A stretch of DNA of 54,211 bases, taken from positions 1 through 54,211 of the forward strand of contig CAZSEK010000001.1 in assembly GCA_964605945.1 (NCBI GenBank), given 5' to 3'. This DNA comes from an uncultured Methanosarcinales archaeon. GTDB lineage: Archaea > Nanobdellota > Nanobdellia > Woesearchaeales > UBA9642. The translations under genes were made by a program, and so were the position numbers. The notes beneath the pieces were generated by a model, which was not told where the DNA came from, made no database searches, and worked only from the letters and a program-made list of their open reading frames with translations. Shown here one piece after another: positions 53,246-54,211 of this stretch (positions are counted from its first letter, which is position 1; every line of letters begins with the position of its first letter).

Positions 53246-53761
53246 ATGGAATTTGGTCTAATTTTTATAATATCACAAATAGCAATGTTTATTGCAATGT
53301 TCTTCGACTTTTTAAGTATGCAGTTCAAAAAACGCGAATATTTATTTCTATGTCTGATAATTTCGGCTAGTCTTATCAGCGCGCATTATTTCTTATTAAA
53401 CAAAATTGCTGCAGGAGTAATAGTAAGTATTTCTGTTTTAAGATTCATTACATGCTATTTTACGACTAACAAAAAATTCTTGTATTTATTTATATTATTG
53501 AATAGCATAGCTTTATTTTTTACATATAAATCACCTTATGATTTAATTATATATGTGGGGGTTAATATATTTGTTATCGGTAACTTTCAAAAGAATGATA
53601 AACGCATGAGAAAAATAATGATGCTAGGAACAGCAATAGCAGCAATATATAATGCAATCATATTCTCGCCTATGGGGGTTATTGCAGAAACATCATTCCT
53701 AATTAGCCATATTATTGGATATTATAGGCATCATATTAGAGAGAAAGGAAATAAAAAATAA
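53246..53761 (+). CDS. Polytopic membrane protein (possibly YgjV-like)
   Basis: About 5 TM helices. ATG at 53246 (alternative GTG at 53228). Confidence 0.45.
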   Translation: MEFGLIFIISQIAMFIAMFFDFLSMQFKKREYLFLCLIISASLISAHYFLLNKIAAGVIVSISVLRFITCYFTTNKKFLYLFILLNSIALFFTYKSPYDLIIYVGVNIFVIGNFQKNDKRMRKIMMLGTAIAAIYNAIIFSPMGVIAETSFLISHIIGYYRHHIREKGNKK

Positions 53762-53843
53762 AATTATAAAACCTGGTGCTTTTAAATTTAAAAATAATCT
53801 AAATCTTTTTAAATGCCCTTATTTTTCTATTCAATGTATGTGT

Positions 53844-53974
53844 GGCGGCCGTGATGTAGCCAGGTAGCATAGAGGACTGTGGCTTTTTAAGCAGACATCC
53901 TTTAGGGTGAGTTCAAATATCCCAGAGGGATACAACAAATTCCTCAGGATTTGAAAGTCTCACCGGCCGCTCCA
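53844..53974 (+). tRNA. tRNA-His(GUG) with two introns (anticodon loop ~14 nt, T loop ~40 nt), encoded G-1 and CCA
   Basis: G-1 (53844). Acceptor GCGGCCG/CGGCCGC, then U73 and CCA. D arm ATGT-AGCCAGGTA-GCAT. Anticodon stem GAGGA/TCCTT with CU-GUG-G. T stem GTGAG/CTCAC encloses 47 nt (TTCAAA ... T). TATA (TTTTTAAAT) ~30 nt upstream. Confidence 0.65.
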
Positions 53975-54063
53975 TTTTTATTATTCTAATTTTAAAAACA
54001 AATTTTAACTACTTTTGAATTAAAAAAAGAAAGATTTAAATATGCTCTGATGGTTCTTAAATC

Positions 54064-54211
54064 ATGAGAAAAGGAAAAACCATTGAAACCATTGTTAATT
54101 CATCTAGTATTAAATCTAAACTTAAACTACATTTTAGTTCAAGATATGACCCTGAAGATATAACTAAATATACAGAAAGACTTTTAAAAAAAGATAAATC
54201 TATTGAAAAAA
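54064..54211 (+). CDS. 5' end of a CDS truncated by the window edge; product unknown
   Basis: ATG at 54064, ~25 nt downstream of GATTTAAATAT. Open to the window end (MRKGKTIETIVNSSSIKSKLKLHFSSRYDPEDITKYTERLLKKDK...). Confidence 0.3.
   Translation, partial: MRKGKTIETIVNSSSIKSKLKLHFSSRYDPEDITKYTERLLKKDKSIEK

Noticed and set aside
53146-53328. 61-codon N-terminal extension of the KsgA ORF
   Set aside because: The conserved KsgA/Dim1 domain begins right after M62 (MDNHNLDKTGQHYMIDKEL). The extension is hydrophobic nonsense and overlaps the start of the divergent membrane-protein gene.
1-54211. Bacterial (CPR) origin of the contig, prompted by the amidase, lipoboxes and the OMP-like protein
   Set aside because: RFC large subunit, archaeal-type TyrRS, TrmB regulators, a FlaI-type ATPase, BRE/TATA leaderless promoters and BHB-type tRNA introns are all archaeal signatures.
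1-54211. CRISPR arrays, rRNA genes, IS elements, alternative genetic code
   Set aside because: No regularly spaced direct repeats, no rRNA-like GC-rich blocks and no transposase-like ORFs were seen. Long conserved ORFs are uninterrupted under the standard code.

Overview
This is an AT-rich, gene-dense archaeal chromosome segment of about 60 genes, with no rRNA genes, CRISPR arrays, transposases or integrases recognised. It looks like a small-genome DPANN-type archaeon (Woese-/Pace-/Nanoarchaeota-like). The evidence is an archaeal RFC large subunit, an archaeal-type TyrRS, TrmB and Lrp/AsnC regulators, a FlaI/FlaJ-type pilus ATPase and platform, BRE/TATA boxes 25-30 nt upstream of mostly leaderless ATGs, and three tRNA genes interrupted by BHB-type introns.

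Layout:
- 1551-11661: a co-oriented block encoding secreted and surface proteins. These are a beta-barrel-like secreted protein, a PKD-repeat giant, CARDB/S-layer-like proteins, lipobox proteins and a MurNAc-L-Ala amidase-like lipoprotein.
- 11681-13928: tRNA-Trp followed by an orphan operon with tandem paralogs and a SAM methyltransferase.
- 14057-18767: regulators and small orphan genes.
- 18787-21092: an Obg-like GTPase with a HEPN-MNT toxin-antitoxin cassette lying between the gene and a fossil copy of its own promoter and first 10 codons.
- 21303-26828: housekeeping genes (tyrS, an AsnB-like protein, rfcL, guaA).
- 26990-27174: a tRNA-Phe that appears to carry three introns.
- 27237-31899: type IV pilus-like ATPase and platform protein.
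- 32607-41888: mscS, ppsA, split transketolase, rpiB and rpe.
- 43592-45590: two membrane-anchored DsbA-like proteins.
- 45678-50705: a four-gene, ATGA-overlapping operon (Type IIG restriction-modification enzyme, wHTH-PIN protein, XRE-ImmA/IrrE protease, DUF4411 PIN-like nuclease). I consider this the best candidate for an undescribed composite defence system.
- 50815-53974: sufS, ksgA, and a tRNA-His with two introns.

All functional calls rest on motifs read by eye. No database search was run.
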